Shown here piece by piece: positions 41,643 through 52,110 of a stretch of DNA of 64,000 bases (the first letter of the stretch is position 1; each line of letters begins with the position of its first letter). Source of the DNA: an uncultured Acidobacteriota bacterium (GTDB taxonomy: Bacteria; Acidobacteriota; Thermoanaerobaculia; Multivoradales; SZUA-115); the NCBI GenBank assembly GCA_963805975.1, contig CAWDVR010000006.1, positions 160,001 through 224,000 on the forward strand, given 5' to 3'. A model generated the notes under the pieces. It saw only the letters and a program-made list of their open reading frames with translations, ran no database searches and was not told the DNA's origin. A program made the translations under genes and the position numbers.

Positions 41643-41702
41643 GCCTCTCGTCGGCGCCGCACTGTTCCGTCGTACCTGCCGACCCAGAGGAGGCGAAGCA
41701 AC

Positions 41703-42191
41703 ATGATCCGGCTCATCAAACGCTACGAAAGCCGCAAGCTCTACGATACCGAGGAAAGCCGCTACGTATCCCTCGACGAGATCGCTGCCTGGATCCGCGA
41801 AGGGCAGGACGTGCGGGTGCTGGACAACGCCACCTCGGCCGATGTCACCGCGCAGACTCTCACCCAGATCATTCTCGACGAAGGTCGCAAGGGTACGACC
41901 GCGCTGCCCAGCGAGCTGCTGCACGACCTCGTGCGCATGGGGGAGCGGGCGGTGTCGAGCGGCGTCGAGCACGTGCAACATGGGGTCGACCGCCTGGTGA
42001 AGGCCTCCTTCGATCGCCTGGGCCCGGTGCGGCGTGCGCGCGAGGAGATGACGCGGCTCAAGGCACGTCTGGAGGATCTGGAAGCCTCGCTCAACCGGCT
42101 GGGAACGGAGCCGGGGGTGGCGGGCAACGGCACTGCGATCGAGCCGCCGGTGGTCAAGCCCGAGCGGGCGCCGCGGCGGCGCAACGCATAG
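41703..42191 (+). CDS. phaR: Polyhydroxyalkanoate synthesis regulator PhaR
   Basis: IKRYESRKLYDTEESRYVSL...GQDVRVLD..T.ADVTAQTLTQII. Confidence 0.9.
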   Translation: MIRLIKRYESRKLYDTEESRYVSLDEIAAWIREGQDVRVLDNATSADVTAQTLTQIILDEGRKGTTALPSELLHDLVRMGERAVSSGVEHVQHGVDRLVKASFDRLGPVRRAREEMTRLKARLEDLEASLNRLGTEPGVAGNGTAIEPPVVKPERAPRRRNA

Positions 42192-42270
42192 TCCCCAAAA
42201 CAAACGACCCCGGCGACGGCCAGGTCACCGGGGCTTCCTGCGAACGACTCACCGAAAGGACGGTTGAATC

Positions 42271-42639
42271 ATGACAAAAGATACCGCAAAGAACGTTCAG
42301 GACGAAATCAAGGACTCCGCGCACAAGATCTGGCTCGCCGGTCTGGGCGCTCTCGCCGCGGCCGGCGAGGAGGGCGACAAGCTTTTCCGCCGCCTGGTCG
42401 AGAAGGGCGAGACCGTGGAGAAGAGCGGCAAGCAGCAGGTCGACGTCGCCAAAGAGAAGCTCGGCGCGGTGTGGAGCGAGGTCGAGAGCAAGCTCGACGA
42501 CAGCGTGAGCAACGTGCTGCACCGCATGGGCGTGCCGACGCGCGACGAGATCGGCAAGCTCACCCGCCGGGTCGAGGACCTCGCCGCCAAGGTCGAGAAG
42601 CTGGCGGCGAAGAAGGCCCCCGCGACCCGCAAGGCGTAG
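42271..42639 (+). CDS. Phasin / PHA granule-associated protein (PhaF/PhaI-like)
   Basis: SAHKIWLAGLGA...EG.KLF..LVEKG; LHRMGVPTRDEI..L..RVE.L. Confidence 0.9.
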   Translation: MTKDTAKNVQDEIKDSAHKIWLAGLGALAAAGEEGDKLFRRLVEKGETVEKSGKQQVDVAKEKLGAVWSEVESKLDDSVSNVLHRMGVPTRDEIGKLTRRVEDLAAKVEKLAAKKAPATRKA

Positions 42640-42664
42640 TCCCCCGAGCCCCCGCCTGCCGCTC

Positions 42665-43965
42665 ATGCGCGCCGCTCGCCAACCCAAGGCTGCGCCCACC
42701 CGCTCGCGGGTGGGCCTGGCTCTGGCCGGCGGCGCGCCCGGCGGCGCCGTCTACGAGATCGGTGCTCTCCGCGCCCTCGACGAGGCGGTGGGCGGCATCG
42801 ACCTCAATGATCTCGACGTCTATGTCGGGGTCAGCGCCGGCGGCTTCATCTCCGCCTGCCTCGCCAACCGCCTGACCTCGGCCCAGATGTGCCGGGCGAT
42901 CATGAGCGACGATCCAGGCGAGCATCCGTTCGTTCCCGAAACCTTTCTCAAGCCTCATTTCTCGGAGCTGGGCCGTCGGGTGGCCAGCATCCCCAGGCTC
43001 CTTGCGCAGTCGGCGTGGAACTATGCGCGGCACCCGCGCGAGAGCCTCCTCACCCATGTGCTCTCGAGCTGGGGCAGGCGCTGCCGGTCGGCTGTTTCGA
43101 CAACGAGCCCATCCGCGCGTACCTCGAGAAGATCTTCTCTCTCAAAGATCGGACCGACGACTTCCGCCGCCTGCGCCGGCCCCTCTACGTGGTGGCCACC
43201 GACCTGGACTCGGGCAAGGCGGTCCGCTTCGGCGCGCCCGGCTGGGATCACGTGCCGATCTCGCGTGCGGTGCAGGCGTCGACGGCTCTGCCGGGCCTCT
43301 ATCCGCCGGTCGAGATCGACGGCCGCTCCTACGTCGACGGCATCCTGCTCAAGACCGTTCACGCCTCGGTGGCCCTCGAAGCGGGCGCCAATCTGGTGCT
43401 CTGCGTCAACCCGATCGTGCCGGTCGACACCGCGCGGGCGGTGGAGGAGGGCGTGCTCCGCGATCGGCACCTCACGGAGCGCGGCCTGCCGACCGTGCTC
43501 ACCCAGGCCATCCGCACCCTGATCCACTCGCGGCTCGAGACCGGCATGGCGGCCTACCAGCGCCGCTTCGACGCCGACATCGTCCTGCTCGAGCCCGAGC
43601 GGCAGGACTACGAGATGTTCTTCACCAACATCTTCGGCTTTGCCGACCGCCGTGCGGTCTGCGAGCACGCCTACCGCGCGACCCGCCGGGAGCTTCTCTC
43701 CCGGTATTCAGAGCTGGCGCCGATCCTGGCACGCCACGGCCTCGAGCTCCGGCGCGACGTGCTCGAGGATTCCTCGCGGCGCCTCTGGGCCGGCGTCGGC
43801 CTGCCCGATCTCGACGGCCCGGCCGGCCGGGGTCCCCTGGACGCTGCCAGGAACAGGAGCGCGCCGGCCGGCGATCTGGCGGTGCTCGGCCGGCTGGACG
43901 CCGCTCTCGATCGGCTGGAGAGGCTGATCGACCCGCAGCCAGCGGTATCCGCTACGGAGCGGTAG
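42665..43965 (+). pseudogene. Patatin-like phospholipase/PHA depolymerase with a 1-bp frameshift near 43066
   Basis: AGG, GVSAG in the 42665 frame; ASTALPGLY, YVDG in the 42889 frame; one extra base restores VLSELGQALP. Confidence 0.85.
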
Positions 43966-45484
43966 CCTCGGTCCCCGGACGCTCTTCCACCGGCAGCTCG
44001 TAGCAGGCCGCTTCCCGGTCGTTCCTCACCAGCAGATACGGCGCGGCGAGCGCGGGCGGGTTCCAGGTCTTGCCGTCGAGGGCGGTGAAGCGGCCGAGCT
44101 CCTCGAGGCCGCCCGGGTCCGGCGCGACGAGGGCCACTTGCCCGTCCTCGGCCTGCACCAGCAGGAGATCGCCGGCGAGGATCACCTGCCCGTGACCGTA
44201 ACGGCCTTCCTTCCAGCAGCGCTCGCCGGTCTCCGGATCGAGGCAGACGAGGGTGCCGTCGTCGAGACCGTAGAGCCGCCCTTGGTACGGAACGACGTTG
44301 GTGAACTTGGCCTTGAGGCGCGGCGTCTCCCAGAGCAGCGTGGCGCCGAGGGCCCCGGAGCCGTCGCGCGCGATCTCGAGCAGCTTGCCGCCGATGCCGT
44401 AGCCGCTCGAGACGAAGAGCCGGTCGCCGGGGAGGGGCACCGGCTGCGAGACGTTGGGCTGGCCCGGCGGCCAGGCCCACTGCCAGAGCAGCCTGCCGTC
44501 GGCCGGGTCGTGGCCGGCGACGCTCGCCTGGTTGAAGATCACCACCTGGCGCACGCCGGCCAGCTCGACGAGGAGCGGCGAGCTGAAGCCCGAGCGGTCG
44601 TCCCCGCCGTGCCAGGCGGGCTCGCCGGTCGCCGCGTCGTAGGCCACCAGCGAGTGGCCGCCAGCGCCGCCGGCGCTCACGATCACGCGCCCGTCCACCA
44701 CGAGGGGCGAGCAGCTCTTGCCCCATTCCGGGCTCACACCGCCGTGCTCCGCCAGCACGTCGCGCGACCACAGCGGCCGGCCGGTCGCCGCGTCGAGCGC
44801 ACGGAGCCTGCCCGTGGCGCCCATGGCGAAGACGCGCCCGCCCTCTACCGTCGGCACCGAGCGCGGGCCGATGCCGCCGATCGGTGTCTCGTGGCGGGCG
44901 GTCTCGCCGTGCGCCCAGAGGCGGCGGCCGGTCGCCAGCTCGAAAGCGGCGACCACCTCCTCCGGTCCTTGCTGCTCGATCGTGTAGGCCATGCCACCCT
45001 TCACCGCGAAGCCGGCCCAACCCTCGCCCACGGCCTGGCGCCAGACCAGCCGCGGCGGCCGGCTCTGCCAGTCGCGCGCCAGCCGCACGCCGGGGAGAAC
45101 GCCGTTGCGATCCGGGCCGAGGAACTGCGGGTACTCGGCGGCGGTGTTGCCGGCCGCGGCCACGCGAGCTGCGGGTCCTCCCGCCCAGCGGAAGCCGAAG
45201 AGGGGCACCAGATCGCCCGTCACGCCGCGGTACTCGAAGAGCACGGCGCAGCCGGCCACCAGGGCGAGGGCGATTCCCAGGCCGGCGAACCGTGCTCGCC
45301 AGCGGGCGCGGGAGAGCAAGAGCAGCCAGACGAGCGCCAGGAGAACGGCAACGCCGGCCTGGGCGCCGGTGCGCAGCACACGCTCCTGGTTCTGTGACAC
45401 CTCGGCGAAGCCCCAGGTCCAGACGAGCGCCAGCAACCACAGCCCGAAGACTGCGACCAGCGGCCACCAACGGATCTTGTGCAT
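43952..45484 (-). CDS. PQQ-like beta-propeller membrane protein (BamB-like)
   Basis: Three N-terminal TMs; YPQFLGPDRNG; repeated LDAATG..LW; KTWNPPAL. Confidence 0.88.
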   Translation of the reverse strand: MHKIRWWPLVAVFGLWLLALVWTWGFAEVSQNQERVLRTGAQAGVAVLLALVWLLLLSRARWRARFAGLGIALALVAGCAVLFEYRGVTGDLVPLFGFRWAGGPAARVAAAGNTAAEYPQFLGPDRNGVLPGVRLARDWQSRPPRLVWRQAVGEGWAGFAVKGGMAYTIEQQGPEEVVAAFELATGRRLWAHGETARHETPIGGIGPRSVPTVEGGRVFAMGATGRLRALDAATGRPLWSRDVLAEHGGVSPEWGKSCSPLVVDGRVIVSAGGAGGHSLVAYDAATGEPAWHGGDDRSGFSSPLLVELAGVRQVVIFNQASVAGHDPADGRLLWQWAWPPGQPNVSQPVPLPGDRLFVSSGYGIGGKLLEIARDGSGALGATLLWETPRLKAKFTNVVPYQGRLYGLDDGTLVCLDPETGERCWKEGRYGHGQVILAGDLLLVQAEDGQVALVAPDPGGLEELGRFTALDGKTWNPPALAAPYLLVRNDREAACYELPVEERPGTEATAP

Positions 45485-45496
45485 GGTGAGGCTCTC

Positions 45497-48031
45497 CTAT
45501 CGCCTTCGCAGCCGAAAGGCCGCCAGGGCGTGCGGCTCCTCGCCGGCGGGCAGAGCCGCGGCGAGGCGGCGGATGGTCTTGCCCCAGGCCGCCTGCTGGG
45601 TCCACTTGCGGGTCTCGACGAGCTCGACCTCGAGGCCCGCGGCCATCAGCCGCGCCGCCAGGTCGTCGCGGCGCCGGCCCTGGGCGTCGATCGCCACGGC
45701 CTCGATCTCGGCGCCGCGGCGATAGAGCGCCAGGAGGCCGAAGGCCTCTTCGTCCGCCACCGCTTGCAGCAGCGCCACGCGGCCCCGCTCGCCGTCTTCG
45801 AGCTCGGAGAGGATGCCTTCGATGAGGGGATGGCCGGAGGCGAAGAAGTCGAGGGTCTCTTTTTCGACCGCCTCTTCGCGGTCGAAGGTGCCGAGGAAGC
45901 TCGCGCCGGGAGAGACGCCCGGCAGGTGGTCCACCAGGGCCTCGGGCCCGAACTCGATCAGCCAGGTGCTCTTGCCGCTCTGCGCCTCGACCGTGAAGCC
46001 GAAGCGCGCCAGGGCGCGGAGCACCACGTCCTGGGTCAGCGTTTCGAGGTCGGGGGGGACGCGCGCCAGGATCCCGGGCCCCATCTCGGCGCGGTAGGGA
46101 TCGCGGTGCAGCTCGTGCCAGGCCGCGTTGCGCTCGCGGTCGAAGCCGCTCTGCGCCGCTTCGAGCGCCGGCAGGAAACGCCCGGCCTCGATCTCGCCGG
46201 CGTCTTCCACGGCCGCCTGCTCGATCGCCTCGGTCACCCGCTTGAGCTCGCGCTCGAGGCCGCCCAGCGGATGCTCGAAGAGGCCGATCCGCTCCATCAC
46301 CTCGACCACGGCGCGGCCGAGCCCCGAGGGTGGCCGGAAGTAGAGGATCTCGGTCGGCAGCGTGCGGCCGATCCGGTCCAGTCTGCCGATGCGCTGCTCG
46401 ACCACGCCCGGCCTCCAGGGCAGATCGAAGAGCACCAGGCGATGGCAGAACTGGAAGTTGCGTCCTTCGCCGCCGGCCTCGGTCGAGACCAGGAGCGACG
46501 GCCCCTCGGTGAGCCGGAACTGCGCCACCTCGATGTCCCGGCGTTCCGGGGACAGGCCCTCGTGGAACACGCCGACCCGCGCCGCGGCCTGCTGCTCGAT
46601 CGCCTGCTTCAGGAGATCCAGGCTCTCCTGGTGGGCCACGAACACCAGCGTCTTCTCGCCGGCACGGCGCCAGGCCGCGGCCTGCTCGACCAGCCAGGCG
46701 ACGCGCGGGTCGGCGCTCCGGGCCTTCGCGGCCAGCTCGCGGCCGGCCTCGTCCTCGCGCTCCAGGACCGCGAGCAGGGCCGCCGGCGAGGCCAGGGCGC
46801 GGAACGCCCTTTCCGCCTTGCGCCTGGCCGCCGCGGCATGGGGCGCGGGCAGGGCCCGCAGGTGGTCCTCGAGCGCGCGGAGGGCCTGCCAGCCTGCCTC
46901 GGCCGAGGGGTCCGCCAGCTCGACGGGCACGGCTCGCCGCGGCGGCAGGCCGCCGATGTCCGCGCGGCGCGTGGCGCTGGTGGCGGCCGGCAACGGCTCG
47001 CGGCGGGCCAGCCGGTCCGCGAAGGTCTCCTCCTCCGGCAGCTCTTCGGGCCGCAGGAGCTGGAGCAGGCGGAGGAACCCGTGGGCGTCGTCCTCGAGCG
47101 GCGTCGCGGTGAGCAGCAGGGCGTGGCGGCTGGCGGCGGCGAGCGGCGCCACCGCACGGTAGGCGGGGTCGCCGGGATGGCCGGGAGGCCGCCGGAGGTG
47201 GTGTGCCTCGTCCACCACCAGGAGATCGATGCCGGCGGCCACTGCCTGCTCGGTGAGGCGCCGCCGCTCGACCAGGGTCTCGAGGCCCACGATCGCCCGG
47301 CGGTGGACGTCGAAGGGGTTGAAGCCGGGGCCGTAGTCCTTCACCACGTCGTCCAGGCGCTTGCCGTCGAGCAGGGCGAAGACGTGGTGGTGCTTGCGCC
47401 ACAGCTCGCCCAGCCATTGCAGGATCAGCGTCTCCGGAGCGACCACCAGCGTGCGTTCCGCCATGCCGGCGTGGAGCAGGCGGTTCATGATCAGGCAGGC
47501 CTCGACCGTCTTGCCCAGGCCCACCTCGTCGGCCAGCAGCCAGCGCACGGGAAGCCCGCGGCAGGCCCGCTCGGCGGCGTAGAGCTGGTGCGGGAAGAGC
47601 CGGATCCGGCCGCCGAGAAAGGCTCCCAGCCCGTCCGCCTGCCGCAGGCGGGAGAGGCGCAGCCCGTCGAGGCGGTTGAGGAAGTCCTCGGTCGCGTCCA
47701 CCTCGCCGCGGGCCAGGCGGTCGAGGAGCGGCTCGGCCTCGGCCAGCGGCCAGAGCGAGGCCACCGGCACCTCGCGGCCGTCGGCGAGGAGCGCCGAGCC
47801 CTCCTCGCGCACCGCGGCCACGCCGACGATCTCGCCGCCAGCTCCTAGCCGCGCCCGCTTGCCGGCCTCGATCGAGAGCGGTGTCAGCGCCTGGTCACCG
47901 GTGGCCAGCAGCAAAGTCTCGCCCCTCTCCGGGAACTCGACGGTGAGCCGGCGGCCCTGGACGGCACTGACCACTCCCGGGCCGAGCTTGCGGTTGAAAC
48001 GATGGAGCAGGCGGTCGCCGACCTTCCACAT
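45497..48031 (-). CDS. rapA: SNF2-family helicase, RapA/HepA-like
   Basis: LADEVGLGKT; DEAHH; TATP; EAGGEGRNFQ; EQRIGRLDRIG. Confidence 0.8.
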   Translation of the reverse strand: MWKVGDRLLHRFNRKLGPGVVSAVQGRRLTVEFPERGETLLLATGDQALTPLSIEAGKRARLGAGGEIVGVAAVREEGSALLADGREVPVASLWPLAEAEPLLDRLARGEVDATEDFLNRLDGLRLSRLRQADGLGAFLGGRIRLFPHQLYAAERACRGLPVRWLLADEVGLGKTVEACLIMNRLLHAGMAERTLVVAPETLILQWLGELWRKHHHVFALLDGKRLDDVVKDYGPGFNPFDVHRRAIVGLETLVERRRLTEQAVAAGIDLLVVDEAHHLRRPPGHPGDPAYRAVAPLAAASRHALLLTATPLEDDAHGFLRLLQLLRPEELPEEETFADRLARREPLPAATSATRRADIGGLPPRRAVPVELADPSAEAGWQALRALEDHLRALPAPHAAAARRKAERAFRALASPAALLAVLEREDEAGRELAAKARSADPRVAWLVEQAAAWRRAGEKTLVFVAHQESLDLLKQAIEQQAAARVGVFHEGLSPERRDIEVAQFRLTEGPSLLVSTEAGGEGRNFQFCHRLVLFDLPWRPGVVEQRIGRLDRIGRTLPTEILYFRPPSGLGRAVVEVMERIGLFEHPLGGLERELKRVTEAIEQAAVEDAGEIEAGRFLPALEAAQSGFDRERNAAWHELHRDPYRAEMGPGILARVPPDLETLTQDVVLRALARFGFTVEAQSGKSTWLIEFGPEALVDHLPGVSPGASFLGTFDREEAVEKETLDFFASGHPLIEGILSELEDGERGRVALLQAVADEEAFGLLALYRRGAEIEAVAIDAQGRRRDDLAARLMAAGLEVELVETRKWTQQAAWGKTIRRLAAALPAGEEPHALAAFRLRRR

Positions 48032-48058
48032 GGGCGTCGAATAGTATGCGAGCCCATC

Positions 48059-48565
48059 GTGAGCGCCGCGGAAGGCCACTCCTTCGCCCTTTGCGGCGAC
48101 CTCGAGCCGGGTGCGCTGGCGGCGCTCCTCGGCCGCTTCGGGCTGCAGGTGACCACGGTCGAGCCCGGGCAGCCGATCCCCGGCTCGTTCTGGGGCGATC
48201 CCGAGGCCGGCATCATCGGCACCGAGGTTCTGGTGCGGCCGGACACCCCGGTGCACTCGGCGCTCCACGAGGCCTGCCATCTGGTCTGCGCCGACGCCGC
48301 GCGCCGCGCCCTCATCCACACCGACGCCGGGGGCGACTACGACGAGGAGAACGGCGTCTGCTACCTCCAGATCCTGCTCGCCGGCTACCTCGCAGACTTT
48401 GGTCGCGACCGCGCCCTCGCCGACATGGACGCCTGGGGCTACAGCTTCCGCCTGGGCTCCGCCCGGGCCTGGTTCGAGAGCGACGCCGAGGACGCCCGCG
48501 CCTGGCTCGCCGGGCAGGGGTTGCTGGACGCCGGCGGGGAACCGACGTGGTCGATGCGGCCGTAG
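48059..48565 (+). CDS. Conserved hypothetical protein with HExxH motif
   Basis: IPGSFWGDPEAG; DTPVHSALHEACH; EENGVCYLQ; DMDAWGYSFRLGSA. Confidence 0.75.
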   Translation: MSAAEGHSFALCGDLEPGALAALLGRFGLQVTTVEPGQPIPGSFWGDPEAGIIGTEVLVRPDTPVHSALHEACHLVCADAARRALIHTDAGGDYDEENGVCYLQILLAGYLADFGRDRALADMDAWGYSFRLGSARAWFESDAEDARAWLAGQGLLDAGGEPTWSMRP

Positions 48566-48587
48566 GGCGACCGCCGGTCGCCCCTAC
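48562..48587. repeat. GTAG-type REP-like palindrome spanning two convergent stop codons
   Basis: GTAGGGCGACCG-C-CGGTCGCCCCTAC. Confidence 0.6.
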
Positions 48588-51500
48588 AGAAGGAGCGTCG
48601 CCGGCTGCAGTGGCAGGCCGGCCAACAGATCGTCGATCCGTTCGACGGTGACCCGCCCCACCTCCAGATCGGCGCGTGCCGCGGCCAGGGTGGCCAGGCG
48701 GACCTGTTCCGCCGAGAGCCGGGGGCGGGGGTCGAGGTAGCGCTCCGCTTCGAGGAAGGCTTCGAGCTCCAGGCGCTTGGTCTCGTGGAAGCGCCGGATC
48801 TCGCCCGCGTCGAGCGCAGCCAGGAGCAGGCGCGCGTCTCCACCCAGGCGAGCCGCGAGCTCGTCGACCGCGTCCAGAAAGACCTGCGACACCGCGGCGG
48901 AGGCCACCAGCGCGGCACGGTCCACGCGCCGCCCGCGGCCGATGCGCCAGGCTTCGAGCGCTGCGGTGAGCGCGTGCGCCGCGGCCCCGGCCTGGCCCAG
49001 GGCCACCTCGGAGCCGGGCACCACGGCCTCGGCAACGCCGCGCTCCAGCAGGGCCTCCGCCGGCCCCCAGAGCTCGAAGCCCGCGGCGAGCAGCGGGTGG
49101 AGAGCGCGCGGCTCGGCGACGAGGTGCCAGAGATGGATACTGCCCACGCTCTCCGCCCAGGGGTCGAGGGCCGGCACGCCGAGCAACCGGCCGTAGGCCA
49201 GGCGGTCGAGGCTCCCCGGCGACGCCACCGCAGGCCGCGGCGGCGGTGCGGCGAGCGGCCGGCGCTCGGCCATGGCGAGGCGCCGCGCGGCGGCGAGGTC
49301 GATCACCGTGTGCTCCACCGGCCGGCCGGCGAGCGCCTGTTCCTCGAGCACCGCCCGCCACTTGCCCACCTCCTCGGGCTGCGCCATGAAGGCGAAGACC
49401 TGGCGGCCGCGCGCCGCGAGCGCGGCGACCGCCTCGATGAGCGCCGCGGTGCGCTCCGGGTCGCTGGTGGCGAGCGTCTCGTCGAGGAAGATCGGTGGCG
49501 CCGTGGCGGTCTCCTGGTGCTCGACGAAGGCCATGCGGACGGCCAGGAGGAGCTGGAGACGCGTGCCGCTCGACAGCTCATCGAGCTGCTGCTCGCGGCC
49601 GGTCTCGGCGTCGAGGGCCGAGAGCACCGGCAGCTCGCCGCCGCCGAGGCGGAGCTCGTAGCGGTGGCGGGTGACCTCGGCAAAGAGCTCGCGAGCACGG
49701 CGCAGCACGGGCGGCTGGTGGCGGTCCCGGGCCTCGCGCCGCAGATGCTCGGCGAGCACCCAGCCGGCCACCGCCTCGTAGTCCGCCTCGCGCGCCGCGC
49801 GCAGCTCGGCGGCGGCCTCGTCGCGTCGGGCGAGCGCGCTCTCGAGGTCGTGCTTCTGCCGCGCGTCGCGGAGCAGGCTCTCGATGCCCGCGATCTCCTC
49901 GGCGAGCGAATCGCGTCGTGCCGCGCTCTCCCGGGCCCGCGCCAGCTCCTCCTCCAGCGCCTCGGGGCTCGCGGCTGGGGTGCCCTCCAGGTCGAGGCCA
50001 GCCGCGGCGGCCATTTCGAGATCGTGCTCGGCAAAGAGCAGCGCCTGCCGGGCCTCGCGGAAGGCGGGAAGGTCTGCCAGCGCGGCGGCGAGCGCCGGCT
50101 CGCCGTCCGGTGGGAGGTCCCCATCCGGGCAGGCCCCCAGCCGGCGCCAGGCCCAGAGTCTCGAACAGCTCGCGGATCTCGCGCTCGGCTCGCGCAAGCT
50201 CCACCGCCTGGCGCGCGGCACGCTCCTGCTCGCGCCCCTGGTCGGCCCGGGCCTGGTCGAAGCGCCGGGCGCGCTCCTTCAGATCCTCGACCGAGGCCCG
50301 GGCCGCAGTCGAGGACTCCGGCGCTGGATAGCCGAAGGGGGCGAGGCGGCTCGCGAGCCTCGCGGCCCCGGCGCTCCGCCGCTCTTCGACCACCGTCTGC
50401 CGTGCCTCGGCAGCGGCGGCCTCCGCGAGAGAAGCAGAAGCACGGCCGAGGCGGCCGGCGGTCATGGCCAAGCCGAGCGCCGGGCCGGGGGCGACGCCGA
50501 TCGCCGAGGCGAGGGCCGCCCGCGCCCGCTCGAGCTCCACGCGGGAGGCCGCCAGCGCGCGGGGGTCGAGACCGAGCCGCTGCCAGATCTCGCGGTCGCG
50601 CGCCTTCCCACGGGCGGCTTCGAGCTCGGCGCCCAGCTCGTCCAGCCGGCGCTCGACGGCAGGGCGCTTCCAGTCGGTCGGCGGTGCAACGCCGGTCCTG
50701 GCGATCTCGCCGGCCAGCGTGCTCCGCCGGGAGGCCAGCAGGGCGAGCCGCACGGTGAACGCGCCGAGCCCGGCGGCAGCGAGGCCCGCGGCCACCCGCC
50801 AGGAGATCCCGAGCTCCGGCGGAGCGAGTGCCAGGAGCAGCAGAAGCATCGCCACGAGGCTCGCGGCCGCGAGCGCCGGCCAGCCCATCACCGGCGTGGC
50901 GAGCCAGCTCGTGACCAGGGCTCGCGCCCGCTCGAGACGGGCGGTGTCGCCTGGGGCCGGGTCCGCCTCGCCGAGCTGGGCACGGACGACCGACCACACC
51001 TCTTCGGCGGCCCGTTGCCGCTCCTCTCGCCGGAGCAGGTCGTCGACCTCGGCGGTGGCCCCGGCCGCCCGAGCCGTGAAGAGATCGAGGTCGGCCACCT
51101 CCCCGAGCTCGGCCAGCGCCGATCGCGCCGCCGCGCGGCAGCCGGCGAGAGCGGTGGCGAGACCGGCGCTCTCGTGCTCCAGCGCGCGCAGCTCCTCGGC
51201 CTCGGCGGCGAGGGTGGCGAGGAGCGGAGCGCCGGCCCCCTGCGGAGGCAGGCCCAGCTCCCGCAGCCGCTGCCCGAGGCGTGCCAGCTCGGCCTCGGCC
51301 TCGGTGCGCTCGCTCTCGGCCTGGTCCCTCCGCTGGCGCAGATCGCGGAGCCGTTCGGGCTCGCCACCCGAGAGCCGCTCGAGGAGGGCCGGGAACGCCG
51401 CCACCGCGGTCCGGGCGCGCGCGAACGCGGACTCGGCCCGTATCAGCGCCAAGCGGCGGGCCAGCTCCGCGGCGCGCCGCCCGGCCGCGGCGGCAGCATT

Positions 51501-52094
51501 CCTTTCCCGGTGCAGGCCCGCGAGGCGCTCTTCCTCGCGCCGGAGCTGCTGCTGCCGCCGCTGTAGGTCGCCCACCTCGTCCTGGGCCTGGCGGAGCTTC
51601 TGCCGTTCCTGCCGCGCCTGCCGCGCGTCGCGGCGGAAGCCGTGGGCGGCTGCCGCCTGCGCGACGTCGTAGCCGCCGGCCGACTCGCGGGCCAGGGCGG
51701 CGGCGAAGGGCTCGCCGGCCGAACCCAAGAGGTCTACCAGCGCCAAGTCGTAGCGGTCTCGAAGCTCCGCGGGCGGCAGGGGAGGAGCCTCGGCCGCCGC
51801 TCCCTGGCGGAGGAACCGCTGCCTGCCGGCCGCGATCTCCGAGGTCCAGGAGTCCCCCTCGAGCTCGGCCCCCTTGAGCTCGAAAGTGGCTTCCAGCTCG
51901 GTCTCGAGCGGCAACGTGCGGGGTGGCCAGAGGAGGTCGAGGAGGGCCCGCGCCGTCGTCGTCTTGCCGGAGGCGTTGGGCCCGTGGATCAGATTGATCC
52001 CGCGGGCGAAACCCGAGAGCGAGAAGCCCTCGCGCCGGAAGCCCGGCGTCCGCCGGACCTCGAGGCCGGTGAAGATCAGCGGCCGGCCGCTCAT
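48584..52094 (-). pseudogene. YhaN/SbcC-like SMC-type ATPase with a 1-bp frameshift near 50130
   Basis: Walker A GPNASGKTT in one frame; LSSGT signature and FLDE Walker B in another; junction lies at GGGGG/CCC runs. Confidence 0.85.
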
Positions 52095-52110
52095 CGGCCT
52101 CGGGCTCCCG

